DNA from: Neoechinorhynchus agilis
Lineage: Eukaryota > Animalia > Acanthocephala
NCBI GenBank assembly: GCA_051530055.1
Contig: CM121341.1
Span: 13,556,784 to 13,620,783, forward strand
Length of the DNA: 64,000 nt
Reading direction: 5' to 3'
A program made the translations under genes and the position numbers. Below are positions 47,001 through 58,315 of this stretch, in pieces (position 1 is the stretch's first letter; every line of letters begins with the position of its first letter). Below the pieces are notes generated by a model, which was not told the origin of the DNA, made no database searches, and was given only the letters and a program-made list of their open reading frames with translations.

Positions 47001-47910
47001 ATATCCATTTTTAGCAGCCAGTGACGTCATTTTATCATGTACACATTCAAAAACTATCGAAATTTCAATCCGACTTTTAAAGGATTGCTCGTAGATCAAC
47101 AAGCAAAGATAGATCCCGAACCCACAGGAGCCAATTTTGCGAAAATACCGAAATTGAATAAATTAATTCGATTATAAAAGTAAATGCCACTTCTTTAAGA
47201 AAACACCAATATCGAATTATTGATTCTCGAATCGTGCTTACAAGGTCTTGTGAAACCAAACTTTGCAAAATATCCATGCAAAGCGTAACGAAATTTAGTA
47301 GCTTTACATCCGCGCCTTGTCCTGTCGCGCTCAATTGCTCAATACATTTTTGATACATTTCGAGAAACTTCGGGGCGAAAGTATCGATTACAAGTCGAAT
47401 TTCACTCCAAACCTCTTCACATCTTTCAGCGCTTCTATATTTTCGAAATACATTGTCAAGAATGCTAAAAACGGCCACTGGGTCATTTGTTATTTGTTCA
47501 CTAAGTTCCTGGATCATATTGGGCCACTCAATTGGAAAGTCCGCAGACGCAATCAAAGATAAGCATACAATCAACTGATTTTGACTTGGGCTAGAAACTT
47601 GATCCAAAAGCTTGATAAGGGCTTTTCTAATAGATTCCTTTTGATCGGAACCAATCACCCCTGTAACGTCGTCCTCGCGAATTCCCTGCCATGATCGATT
47701 TACGTAATTTTTTAGGCAAATGGCGGCAGCCAAGCCAACGTTATCGCTTTTTTCGGCAATTACCTTAAGCAAATGGATACCATAGTCCGGCAGCAATTCG
47801 GCTTCCTTCAATGCATCGGTTGCTTGTTTAACGAAAACGGGATTACCGGATATTGAAAGAGCCAATTGTTCGCTAATCGCCTCTTGTTCAGCTTGCGAAC
47901 GAGTAATCAT
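44097..47910 (-). CDS. CSE1L: Exportin-2 (CAS/Cse1), multi-exon; the start may lie at about 47954
   Basis: IBN_N motif AAAICLKNYVNRSW, DFPIEWPNM, TDTDSIRGCA, NWKQKDVATFL...RGQTAKHGV, LKMDAMKY..FR, NEYALKALLR. Confidence 0.9.
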
Positions 47911-48022
47911 CTACAGGAGCAACGGATTATTAACTGAGAATCTGAAATCGACATAACGAAGACACGAATGCAAACCGAAAGAATACCAACTGGAAATGAG
48001 CAGCGAAAAATAATTTATTCTA

Positions 48023-48195
48023 TGTATAATTGTGGCCTTTTTTCAAGGCTGATTATTTTACCTTGGGCGCACAGCCCGCCGATTTGAGTCGAGGGAGACG
48101 GCCTCTAACCCAAGAAGACGGTCCTCGACCCAGATCGGTGGGCTGTGTGCCCAAGGAAAAATTATCAGCCGTGAAAAAAAAGCCACAATTATACA
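48023..48195. mobile_element. 173-bp mini foldback element, family 1 termini
   Basis: Arms of about 72 bp: TGTATAATTGTGGC...GGCTGATTATTTTACCTTGGGCGCACAGCCCGCCGAT..GTCGAGG and CCTCGAC..ATCGGTGGGCTGTGTGCCCAAGG...ATCAGCC...GCCACAATTATACA. Confidence 0.88.
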
Positions 48196-49154
48196 CAAAA
48201 AAATTAACCGGCCAGTCAGACTTCAAAAAATCCTTTTTGTACAACTTGATTATAACTAAATGTTCTGCGACTCACATTAACATTCAATCTGCACAAAAAT
48301 TGTAGCAACAGAGCTTTCAACCAACCGCGACTGTAATGGTATCATCAAACCAATAGCCGGTAATGCGGATTGAACAATGGGTTAAATATTTTGTGTTTCT
48401 TTTCGCTGTTGGTATGAAAAACACGAATATTTCTTATTCTCATCGATTTTCATTGTAAAAAAAGATTTTATATTACCATAAAACATTGTGAACGCTATCG
48501 ATTTCACAATCATTTGACCAAAAAAATTTAACCACCAAAGGTACATCCGAAATAAATTAATGATTTAATAAATTCCTTCAATTTTTCCGCCAGAAGCCAG
48601 ACTCAAGGAACTACCAGGAATCAAAATGCAATTAACCTTATTATGGGTCGATAAAGTTATGAGCAACGTAAATGCTCGTGCAAGGGGAAGGAGAATTGAT
48701 TTTACCTCTAATTTTTGTTTAATAGTTGTTTCCAAGTTCTAAACTCGAGTTTTAACGCAATTCGTTTTAGGTATCTCAAACAGATTTTGCTGTTGCTTTT
48801 TATCATGGGTTAGTTCTCGAGTAAATGTGCAGAACAATAATTTTATCGTCAACTTTTTTTAAATTGTTTTTCCAAGTCCGAAACCCAAGTTTGAACACAA
48901 TTTATTTTACGTTTTTCAAACAAATTTATTGTCGATTGTTTTTTAACATGGGTAAAGTCGAAGGAAAATAGTTTTGTGTCCAATTTTTTAATATCTAATC
49001 CGAAGTTTATACAGATTTAATTTTACATTTCTCAAACAAATTTTGTTGTTTCTTTTTTGTTGTGAGTAAATGCCCAATCGAATGCGAAGGAAAAAAATTT
49101 TAATTTTTTTTAAATCATATCGTTTAGTATTTACGTTCAATTTTTATTTCGGTT

Positions 49155-49680
49155 GGCAATCAGGCGGAAGATACTCACAACACGCCGAAGTGAACGCAAT
49201 TCTTAGCCGTGTCCTGAATACTGTGAATACGCCCAACATCTTAGATCCGAGCAATCTTTGCCGACTCGATGGCCGTATACCGGATGGTGTCACAGTATTC
49301 CCGTGGTGAGAAGGAAAATGCCTTCTCTGGGACGCCATGTGTGTGGACGGACACCCTCGCAGTAAGCAACATTCCGTACTCTCTCGAAATCCCTGAAGGT
49401 GCAGCCAGTGCAGCGGAAGGGAGGAAAATATAGAGAATTAGCAAGGACCCACTATTTTGTCCCCTCCGGAGTAGAGACGTATGGAGCGCTTGGTAGCTCG
49501 GCACTCACTCTGCTCAAGGATCTCTCGAAGAAATTGAGAGAAACGACCGGCGATGCACGAGCAGGTGTATTCCTGCGACAAAATATCCCGCTCGCAGTAC
49601 AACGAGGCAATGCTGCTAGCGTGATAGCGACAGCCGAAGAAGGAGAGAAGCTCCAATTCTGCGGACGGTGGTGATTGCAC
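49155..49680 (+). mobile_element. CRE-like retrotransposon endonuclease and 3' end, 5'-truncated and degenerate
   Basis: SGGRYSQHAEVN, DPSNLCRLDGRIPDG, FVPSGVETYGALG, RAGVFLRQNIPLAVQRGNAASV. Same 3' end (CGGTGGTGATTG) as the copy at 25.9 kb. Confidence 0.85.
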
Positions 49681-50049
49681 GTTTTGTACTTTAACAATTA
49701 AAATTCTAAATTTTTACAGTTTAATGAAATTATTGCTATCACTAATGAGGGCGAGTTTCGATGACAAAACGTTGTAAACCGATACCAATGGGATTGTTTT
49801 CATTCTCTTGCCTGTTAATCCACCAAAAGACGCGTGATTTCAAACTTTGGGATCCTACAATATATCATATATATTTAAATTCAGTAACGGCACATCTACT
49901 CAAGCTTTAGAATTTTCCTATTCAACTTATTGCATCAAAAGTGTCGATATTTTTTTTATAGAGAACACGATACTCTGCGCGTGCCAAAGTAACCAATGTA
50001 TTCGATTCCACAATTAAGGTTTTCATCGCAGGGCCATGATAATACGAAA

Positions 50050-51130
50050 AATTTACTCCAGGAGATGCTCGTCTCATATCGTCGTCTCCCCCTTGCGAGC
50101 GAAATTTCCAAAGCGTCACTCGCATGGTGTTTCACGGCCGTCGAAAGCTTTACTCCTTGACCTGGGTGGAACCTTGAGTGGTGTTTGACCCAGGGAGGCC
50201 GCGTTTGGGTTCAATGCGTTTCGTATATGCTCATAAATACGTACGAGGAAAGGACTCGCCGTCTTCCCAATGTAGACGACCGGAATGTATTGTGCGCATT
50301 GGGCAAAGGTTGTCTCGTGGACGTCATTAATCCTCGTGCAAAGCGGCCTTTCTCGAGACGTCCGATCTTGGACATTGCTACCCGCATGCTTGCACATGAG
50401 GCACGAAATCTGGCACTGTGGTGTTTCGTTGTGGCGGGTCTCCTGTGTACTAATTGAACCCCTAGATATGTCTCTTTAAAGAGTCTCTTGGTGTCGCTCG
50501 TGAATTCCGTGCTTACAAATGGGATCCTGAGGATCGTTAAGGAATCTTTATTCTTTTCCTTCTTCCTCGAACGTGCGCCAGTCAATTGCGTTCGGCGTTG
50601 AAGCCTCTCAATTTCCTGATCCCCATAACCGTTTTACACGAAAATTCCGTTTACATCATTAACCGCGCTCCTTATAGCCTGCGACGAAGATGAGCAAAGC
50701 CTTGCGTTCTTATGCATCGCAGTGTAGGTCGCTTGCTTTATCACCCAAGGATCATGAAAATCTGGATGCATGACTAGGGCCTTCTTGCAAGGTTTATAAT
50801 ACCACTCAAATGTGCTTGTATCATTAACCTTAATCCGCCAAGTTGTCCCTCGTCACTCTTGAACTGCGCAATTGTGTCCATTGTATTGAGCTTCTGTTCC
50901 AATTCATCTAGTTCAGACGTCTCCCTGTAGGACAGTAGATCGTCGTCCACATATCTCAGGTAAATACGTTTTTCGGCGACGTGTGGAAAAAGCGTACTGC
51001 CTCTCCAGATCGTCCAGCCACAAAATGGCCAACACCGAAACCCCCTTGGATTCATGCAATTTCTCCATACATGAAGAGATCGCATTTGAGGTGGCCACAC
51101 AACTTATAGTGCAGAATTGTAGTTTGCAAA
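50050..51130 (-). mobile_element. Penelope-like element remnant (RT plus GIY-YIG endonuclease)
   Basis: SVLAILWLDDLE and YLRYVDD (RT), followed by VYIGKT..F.VRIYEH (GIY-YIG). Stops and frameshifts are present. Confidence 0.75.
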
Positions 51131-54116
51131 GAAATGACATTGTACATCGATGATACGGCCGCTGTTATTAGTGAGTGCGGCTACATCGCATCAACAGCAA
51201 GTTTATCATCGTTGTCAAAATTTTTTATATAAATGCCTACCTCAAATGAGGTTCAGAAAGACTAAGTTGACTTTAAACTTCCATTCCACTTTTGGGAAAC
51301 GTAAGTTAATAGAAGTTTACAAATAATATAACAAGCCCGATGAATTGGCTATACATTCACTACAAATTTAAGCATTAAAGACGATACGAAGAAATTCAAG
51401 AAGATTTTAAAAGTGGCAGAGGAAAACTCGGCATTAAAAATAAATATGTTAAATCCATCTGAAACTTATGGACTATATCGGTCCTCGTTTTTACTCCAGA
51501 GGCCGCCAACATTACATATGTACCTTTCTCATAGCTCTAAGCAAACTCCCCACCACTAGGCACACACAAACGACTCTACCCTCAAAGTATACAGGTGGTG
51601 TAACATATTAGGACCATGACAATGACTAACAGATAACTGCCGATTTAAAGTATACACGCAACTAAGAATGTCGCGCCTAACTAAAAATGGTAAAATCAAA
51701 GTTAAATATTGATCAGAAAAACTATAACAAAGTTTGCTAAACTTGAAAATATTTCCGGCGGATCGAATCTGTTATTGCTTTGCCAATATTCTCGCACCTT
51801 AATGCTATCTATTTATTATTAAACACGGCATACGAAAATTACGTTTCATCATTGTACAATTATTTCTTTCCTGTATAAGGGCAGAGTATATGGGATATCT
51901 CGATATCCTCATACCCTTTCCGCAACTTACCAAATAACGAAATGATTTCTCCCTTTGCCAGCACTGTCCATTCAACCGGCGAAATTTCCATGTTGAGAAA
52001 AACAGAATTAAAAATAACAAAATAATTGTCACCGTCATTTATATTGCATTGATCGTTTTGGCGTCCCCACTGATAAACTATCCTATTAGCTTGTTTATTT
52101 CCATTGCCATTTCGTGATCTAAAACTATTATTTGATCATTGAAGTTACTATTTTCCGGTTATTCTTTCTTAGTTTGTGACATCTTTTTAGCCTCGCGGCT
52201 ATATTCCTTTGGAGCCTTTCGGCTGACTTGCACACAACGGAGGCGCTTAGCCGCACTCGAAGGAACGGGGCCAATCCCCTTTGGGGCCGATGGGTAATCT
52301 CAATCCTGACCCCACCTCTTCCAGCAACCTCGCACACCCGTGAAACCCAGCGACCGGTGGCGTTGAACCTTCGACATATCAAGTGCATTATGAACGCGCA
52401 CACCACACTGCCACTGGGCCTATTTTATTTCCACACCATCACGCAGAATCGGTAAAAAATACGATATTTACAACAAAAATACGAATATGAAAGGGCACAT
52501 AACGTCTTTTGTTCTACTGTTATTTAATAAATTTAAAGCCTTTTATACCGGTGGTCCCTAAGAAACAGTGTCCCGGAAATAAACGTTCTTTAAACAGCAA
52601 TCAAAGGCTGCTCATAACCTCCAATTCGGAGGACCATTTGATGATACCTTTTGCTTTTACAACTAAAACATTGAGAGACGTGCTGAAAGATTTCTATTCG
52701 CTAGTCGAAGGACAATCTAGTACGAAAACTCGTTGCGATTTGCTGTGAATCATACCCTATGTAAAATTGTATTATCCTTTGCACCCGCTGTTTTATTTAG
52801 CTGGATAAAAATTGATACAGGTTTATTAACCGTTAATTGTGCGTCAGCTAAAATATACGAATGCGCAATCTCGGTACTAGTCTTAATGAAACAACTTACG
52901 AAGATATTGAGAGCAAAAAGTAAGACTTGACCGCATCGTTTGGTGAAGAATCAGTTTGGAAGTACAGCACGAAAATGTGACCTGTACTGAATCGAATTTT
53001 TAAAACGAAGAACGGTGGAAATAATTTTTTTATGAGAAATCGATTTATTCTATTCACACGTTGTACAAATTAAAACAAAGAAAATATAAATACTTTTTGA
53101 CAATTTATGTCACACAATTACAAAAAGGTGTTATGATAAAACTCGAGAGTGTCTATATTTTCTCTAAAGTATTTAAAAGTCCTTACTTTTAATATTGATT
53201 TTAATTGTCTTAAAATGATCACTGTTCGTGTAGAGCAGCAACAAATTGAGCTCTGCTTTACCGTCGCAAAAAATGAAATTTACACTTTTGATCGTAATAA
53301 CATTCTATACAGTAGTTCTGAACCAGTGTGATGCATAGATGAGTCAATTACTTTAAGTCTTTTCAACTAAATGCAAGAAGCTATTTAGTCAGACATGAAT
53401 CAACGAACGCAGCATGCTTTAAACACATAAAAGGGAGTCTCACAAATCCGATTTGAGCAACATTTTTTGACGAAAATATTTTGCCAGGAGCTAATGATCA
53501 TGAAAGGTACTTATTATGCGGTTTGTACGATTTACGATTCTGACTTCAATACTTTGAAAAGCATCGATTCTGTTGACTTTGTTGATTCACTTACAAAGTA
53601 AGTTCGGTAATTTGTTGTTCAATAACGGATGTACATAAGTGATTAGCTGTCCAAAATCAGTGTCCAGCTGGGTTTCTTTCCCAAACTCACTCCAACGTGC
53701 AACGGAGTACGGACTCCCGTTATTTGCTGTAAGTGAAAACACAGAGAAAAAACAGAGACATATATAAGATCTTTAAGGCTTTACTAGTAGAAATGGTAAA
53801 CCTATTACATGCAGTAACTTTGAAGTTACTGGAGTGCGGTGTGATGGCAATACTACTTTGTTTGGCCAATCATGCTTTTCGGACGACCTTTTGTGTAGTA
53901 GGTTATACCGATTTGTGCTGTTACATTTACGATGACTCTTTAAGGACGAGCCGAATGTCCTGGTAATACACGTCCAGTACCTTTGATAGTCCGTTGTGCA
54001 AATAAGGAGACCGAAAGATCTTGCTGTGAGTTATCCAAAAGTTATCTTTAAATAGGAAACTCGTCTTAAAATAGGCACTGAATTAGATCCATATGATCCA
54101 CATAATTGTACAAGGT

Positions 54117-54504
54117 TCGATCATTCTCCTGGGATCGTGTGTGAAGGCAACACGAGTGCCACAGGTGATCGCTGCTTTGCTGCCGACCAATTTTGTCGTA
54201 GGTAACATGTTCAAAAAATGAAAATAGCTATTAACTGTTCATAGCGTTGACTACGAATGTGAACAGAAACAATTATCGAACGGCTGTAATCGTACCATCG
54301 GTACTTTTGGGTCTTTTGGGTCTTGTTGGACTTCTCGCAGGAGCTGCAAGTCTCATTCCACTTTTGGCGTCCGCCAGAAGTCCACGGAGAGCGCCAGTAT
54401 ACCGAGGATATAGACCAAGATATCGTGCTCGCCTTCCACCCAGGCCTGTCCCACAGTATGTGCCGGGAGCCCCAGTTGGGCCCGGTTCTGTACCAAGACC
54501 ATAA
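54117..54504 (+). CDS. Small spliced orphan protein: hydrophobic segments followed by an Arg/Pro/Tyr-rich tail; 5' exons unresolved
   Basis: A 43-nt GT-AG intron (54202-54244) joins SIILLGSCVKATRVPQVIAALLPTNFVV to the 54247 ORF (...VLLGLLGLVGLLAGAASLIPLL-ASARSPRRAPVYRGYRPRYRARLPPRP...). Confidence 0.5.
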
Positions 54505-54649
54505 ACTCGAAGAAAGGATTATTAATCTTAAAGAATAAAAAGGGCTTCGGTTGCGTGACGAAGAAATGGTATCGGTTACTCGGATAACAACAGGTAAACT
54601 TTAGCTTAGGTTGATTTAGTATTGGAAAGTATTATGAATAATGAATGAT

Positions 54650-55480
54650 TCCTGCTACTTGACATTTACAGCGACAAGAAAGTTTGCACGCGATCGGACT
54701 CTTCGACAGTTCAGGGAAGCTAAAAAGGCGATTTTGATTGCGACTGATGTTACAAGTAGTGGTTTAGTTGAGTTTAATGGTAGTACTTTTCGGGCCGGTT
54801 GAGAGGCGTTTTGATTGTTTCTTGAATTTTTTATAAAGCCATTAGGTGAGCGGGGGAAGATCAACTGTGCAAATTTGAGAGGCTCCTCTATGAAACTTTT
54901 CAGGGTAATGGGTTTGTGATTCGGGCAGGTTGAAAAAGACTCGACAACCTTCATGAAGCTGTAGTAAAATTTGGAGAGAGAATGGGGGAAGGAATTCCTA
55001 AATGGCGGAAGCGTTTGAGGAGGTTAATTAGAGGTAAGAAGGTGATTGAGTGAAGAGAGTGAGATCGTTAACATTAAAAAGTTTAGAGTGAGGGGCGAGA
55101 GGTTTAATTTCGTTTAAGAAAATATGAAGAAGGGTTATCAAGGATGTAGCCCGGCAATGAATGTATTTTTGGCGATTGTGAAGATAAGAGATCAGCTAGT
55201 GGATCTGCCACGAATTTATACCGAAATCGGAGCAGGCCATGAGGAGTAGTGAATGGTCTAAGGAGTCGAATGCTCTCGCCAAGTCCATTTGAATGAGACG
55301 GGTGGTGTGACAGGGATTATTGTCGAGGTTGCGTAGGAGCGTGGAGTAAATGCAAAGTAGGGCATCCGTTGCCGAAAATTTGGGTTGAAAGCCAAATTGC
55401 AGGGGCGATAGTTTGTTGATGAAAAGTGCAAAAATACAAGTTATGAAACATTTTTCGACAGCCACACTGATGACACCAAT
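54650..55480 (-). mobile_element. Internally deleted L2/CR1-group LINE remnant
   Basis: QFGFQPKFSATDAL...QMDLARAFDSLDHSLL (RT), followed by a 3' region shared with the 23.1-kb fragment. Confidence 0.75.
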
Positions 55481-55499
55481 GCCACCACCCACTAGCTTC

Positions 55500-56195
55500 G
55501 CAAATTGTTACTCAATGTCTCTCGACAGCATGCGAGCTACGTAATGGGCGTGTACAGAAGGCTGAGTACCGCCGAAAGTCAAATCGGCCGCTTGCTGGAC
55601 GCTCGCAGACGGAGATGTCAGAGGAGCAGTTCGTCTTTTATCATTAATGACTGTCTCGCCAAAGATAACGAAGAAACTTTATGAACTCTTTGTTAAAAAC
55701 ATCCGAGTGACGGCGGTCGGCAATATTTCGAAGTATTCTTGTTCTTCGATCCAATCCCAGATTTTTTATCATGCAAATCAGAATTGAAGATGGAAATCTC
55801 CTCATTTGCGTCGTGCCCTGATTACTGTGAATGCTCCCAATATCCTAGAACCGAACAATTTTTGCCGACTTGATGGTCGTAGTCCGGACGGTGTCACACT
55901 AAGGAAAAGTGACTCCTCTAGAGCTGTTAAACCGGGCGAGCAGCAACCGCAGCTGCGGACTGCAAAAAGACAAAATACAGGGACTTGAATCGAAATCATT
56001 ATTTCTTTCCCTTTAGCGTCGAGACACTTCGCGCAAGTTCTCGTCAAACAATTGACGAAGCGACTGAGAAAAATCACTGGCGATCCAAATGCAGGAGCAT
56101 TCCTCCTACAAAATATATGCCGGGCTCTTCAACGGGGAAACACTGCATTTGTCTTCTCGACCAGGACGGCACCTAAGTGATCCAGAGCGGCGACG
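55500..56195 (+). mobile_element. Internally deleted CRE-like derivative (5' ORF piece fused to the endonuclease and 3' end)
   Basis: GDVRGAVRL-like 5' piece; NAPNILEP..CRLDGRSPDG; AGAFLLQNI..ALQRGN. The 3' end matches 22425-22560. Confidence 0.7.
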
Positions 56196-56303
56196 TGAAT
56201 GTTGGTAATCCAGAAAAAGTTTTCTTATTTAAAAAGCTTTGTTCTTGAATTTTTTATTAAATTCATAAAAGCCATTGATTTATTACACTAACGATTTCCA
56301 TGA

Positions 56304-57929
56304 CTATTCTCGGTCCACATACTCAGGATCAAATTTATGGAGCCGTACCATACCATCCTCGCCACCACTTGCAAATCCAATTCCTTCAGGATGAAAACGA
56401 ACACTATTGACAGGACCAAAGTGACCTTTAATGCGTCCAAATTCATTTCCGTAAATTAGGTGAAATAACCTAGCATCAAACTTTCCTTCTTTTAAGGTGG
56501 TCGTTGTGACTTCACTTGCTTCTTGTCCACCTCCGAGCATGACGTGATTTTTTAGAGGCGATATCGAAGCTGAATTTACAGGCTTATCTGTTCGATAAAC
56601 ATTTGCTTCTTCGAGTGTTTCCATGTTTATTAGACAAGCAGTACGGTCCTTCGAAGCAGTAATCAAAAAAATCATATCGTTGTCCATTTGAAGGTCGGTT
56701 ATTATGCCATTGTGGATTTTTTCTTCTCGAATATTAGCTTGCCTGGAAAACTTCGGTTAATACAGGACAAAATAGGGATCCATAAGGGGTAAGGAATTGA
56801 AAGTATTGAGATTTTTTTTGGTTGATCACTGCCAAAAATTTACGTATTGTTAGACGATTTCGGAAAAATAAAATTTCTATTTACTTCAAATAAAAATTTC
56901 AGCATCTATGGACTTTATTATTTTTAAAGGGAAATAGTCATTATTGAATTGGAACAGACTGAACACATCGATCAAGTGGTGAATGCTGTATACGAACTTC
57001 GAAATTTATACTTATCGAAACGTGTCATTTGTGAATCGTATTGGATTAAGGCTGCAAAAAAACGAGCATTATTCTGTGAATTTCTTAGACAATGAACGCC
57101 ATTGTTTAGGTTGTTTTTGATAATCCTATAATCTCTTGACTAGTTGTATGGATAAACTTAATAATATATAAAAGCACAATTAACAACTCACTGATTTTAA
57201 GCTACTGAAATTTAAATACTGCAAAGAGATTGCAGCGTGGAATTTAATATTTTTAAGGCGAAAACCATAGTCGTTATAGAAACGAATTGAGTTTTTAAAA
57301 AATCGACACTTATTTTTAAGGACCAAAATCTAAAAAAGGGAAATGTAGATTACAGAAAATCATTTTCCAAGTAATCAATTAACATTATTTCCAGCGTCAC
57401 CAGCTCTCAGATCCCATTGTCTCATGGACCCGTCATGATGTGCAGTAATAAGAGATCGATCCAAAGTCCCCCAAAGAGAACAATTAACTTTTGCGATGTC
57501 TGAAGCAAGTGTAGCTTCCCAGGAATTTTCCGATCGTGGCGTACGGACGTCCATGATTCCTAATCGGCACTCATATCCCATCATACGGTCAGTACTATAG
57601 GCAACAAGATTGCCACAGTAACTGAAAGAACAAGAACGAACCGAAGATTCACATTCGGTCGTGTGAAGTCGACGACCGGTCTCCACATCGTAAAGAATAA
57701 GAGATGGAGCAGCGGTGGCTGATGTAAGATATCGACTGCTATAATCCACGTCAAATGACCAAACTGCGGCTACTCTATCCATGTCGTAGGTACCGAGCCT
57801 TTCACCACTAATCGTGTACCAAACCGATATTATTCCATCTTTACTTGAAGAAAATGTCAAATCACCATCAGAATTATATGCCACTTTTGTAATTGGCCTC
57901 GTATGGCCCCTAAGACATATGGGTCGCAT
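56304..57929 (-). CDS. EIF3I: Translation initiation factor eIF3 subunit I (WD40); two exons with an intron of about 56740-57404
   Basis: MRPICLRGHTRPITKV.YN.DGDL, GERLGTY, ITASKD.TA.L, YRTDKPVNSA.ISP, LGGGQEA..VTTT, FEARF-like KFDARLFH, GHFGPVNSV.FHP.G..FASGGEDG.VRLH.FD. Confidence 0.95.
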
Positions 57930-58084
57930 TTTTTCGAAAAGGAGTTTGCGTGAAAATATCAGATGTTTGTGTTTCTTTCGTGCTTATTACGTCACCTTAC
58001 CTTTCCGTTGTAATTATGAAAATTAAATGCATTGTTAATCGATTTGAATGTTTACAAACGTAAGACGAAGCGTTTCTGTGTCAA

Positions 58085-58315
58085 GGTAAAAGAGTTCAAA
58101 GCGACAATTGTTGAAGACGCTTAATAAAGGAGGGGACGATATACCGATGAAGGAAAGAAACTCACTGACTAGTCCAGCCTCCTTGAGGTCTCTGAGGATC
58201 CATAAGGATGTTCAAACTCATAAGCGTGTGGTTCAGGATATTAAGTGATTTTATGCGCTTCCCTGACCTAGGTCGGTGGGTTCTATACAAAAAGAAAATA
58301 ATCAGCCGTGAAAAA
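58085..58315 (+). mobile_element. Single-arm copy of foldback family 1
   Basis: CTGAGGATCCATAAGGATGTTCAAACTCATAA.CGTGTGGTTCAGGATATTAAGTGATTTTATGCGCTTCCCTGACCTAG.TCGGTGGG is almost identical to 39166-39255. The spacer GGGGACGA..TACCGATGAAGG is also shared. Confidence 0.85.

Noticed and set aside
52128-52455. GC-richer island with overlapping short ORFs
   Set aside because: No frame could be identified; it may be transposon debris.
56700-56750. Programmed frameshift in EIF3I at an A6 run (first acceptor gives GKLIFEKK, then goes out of frame)
   Set aside because: A canonical AG 5 nt downstream restores the frame, and a homopolymer assembly error is also more likely than recoding.
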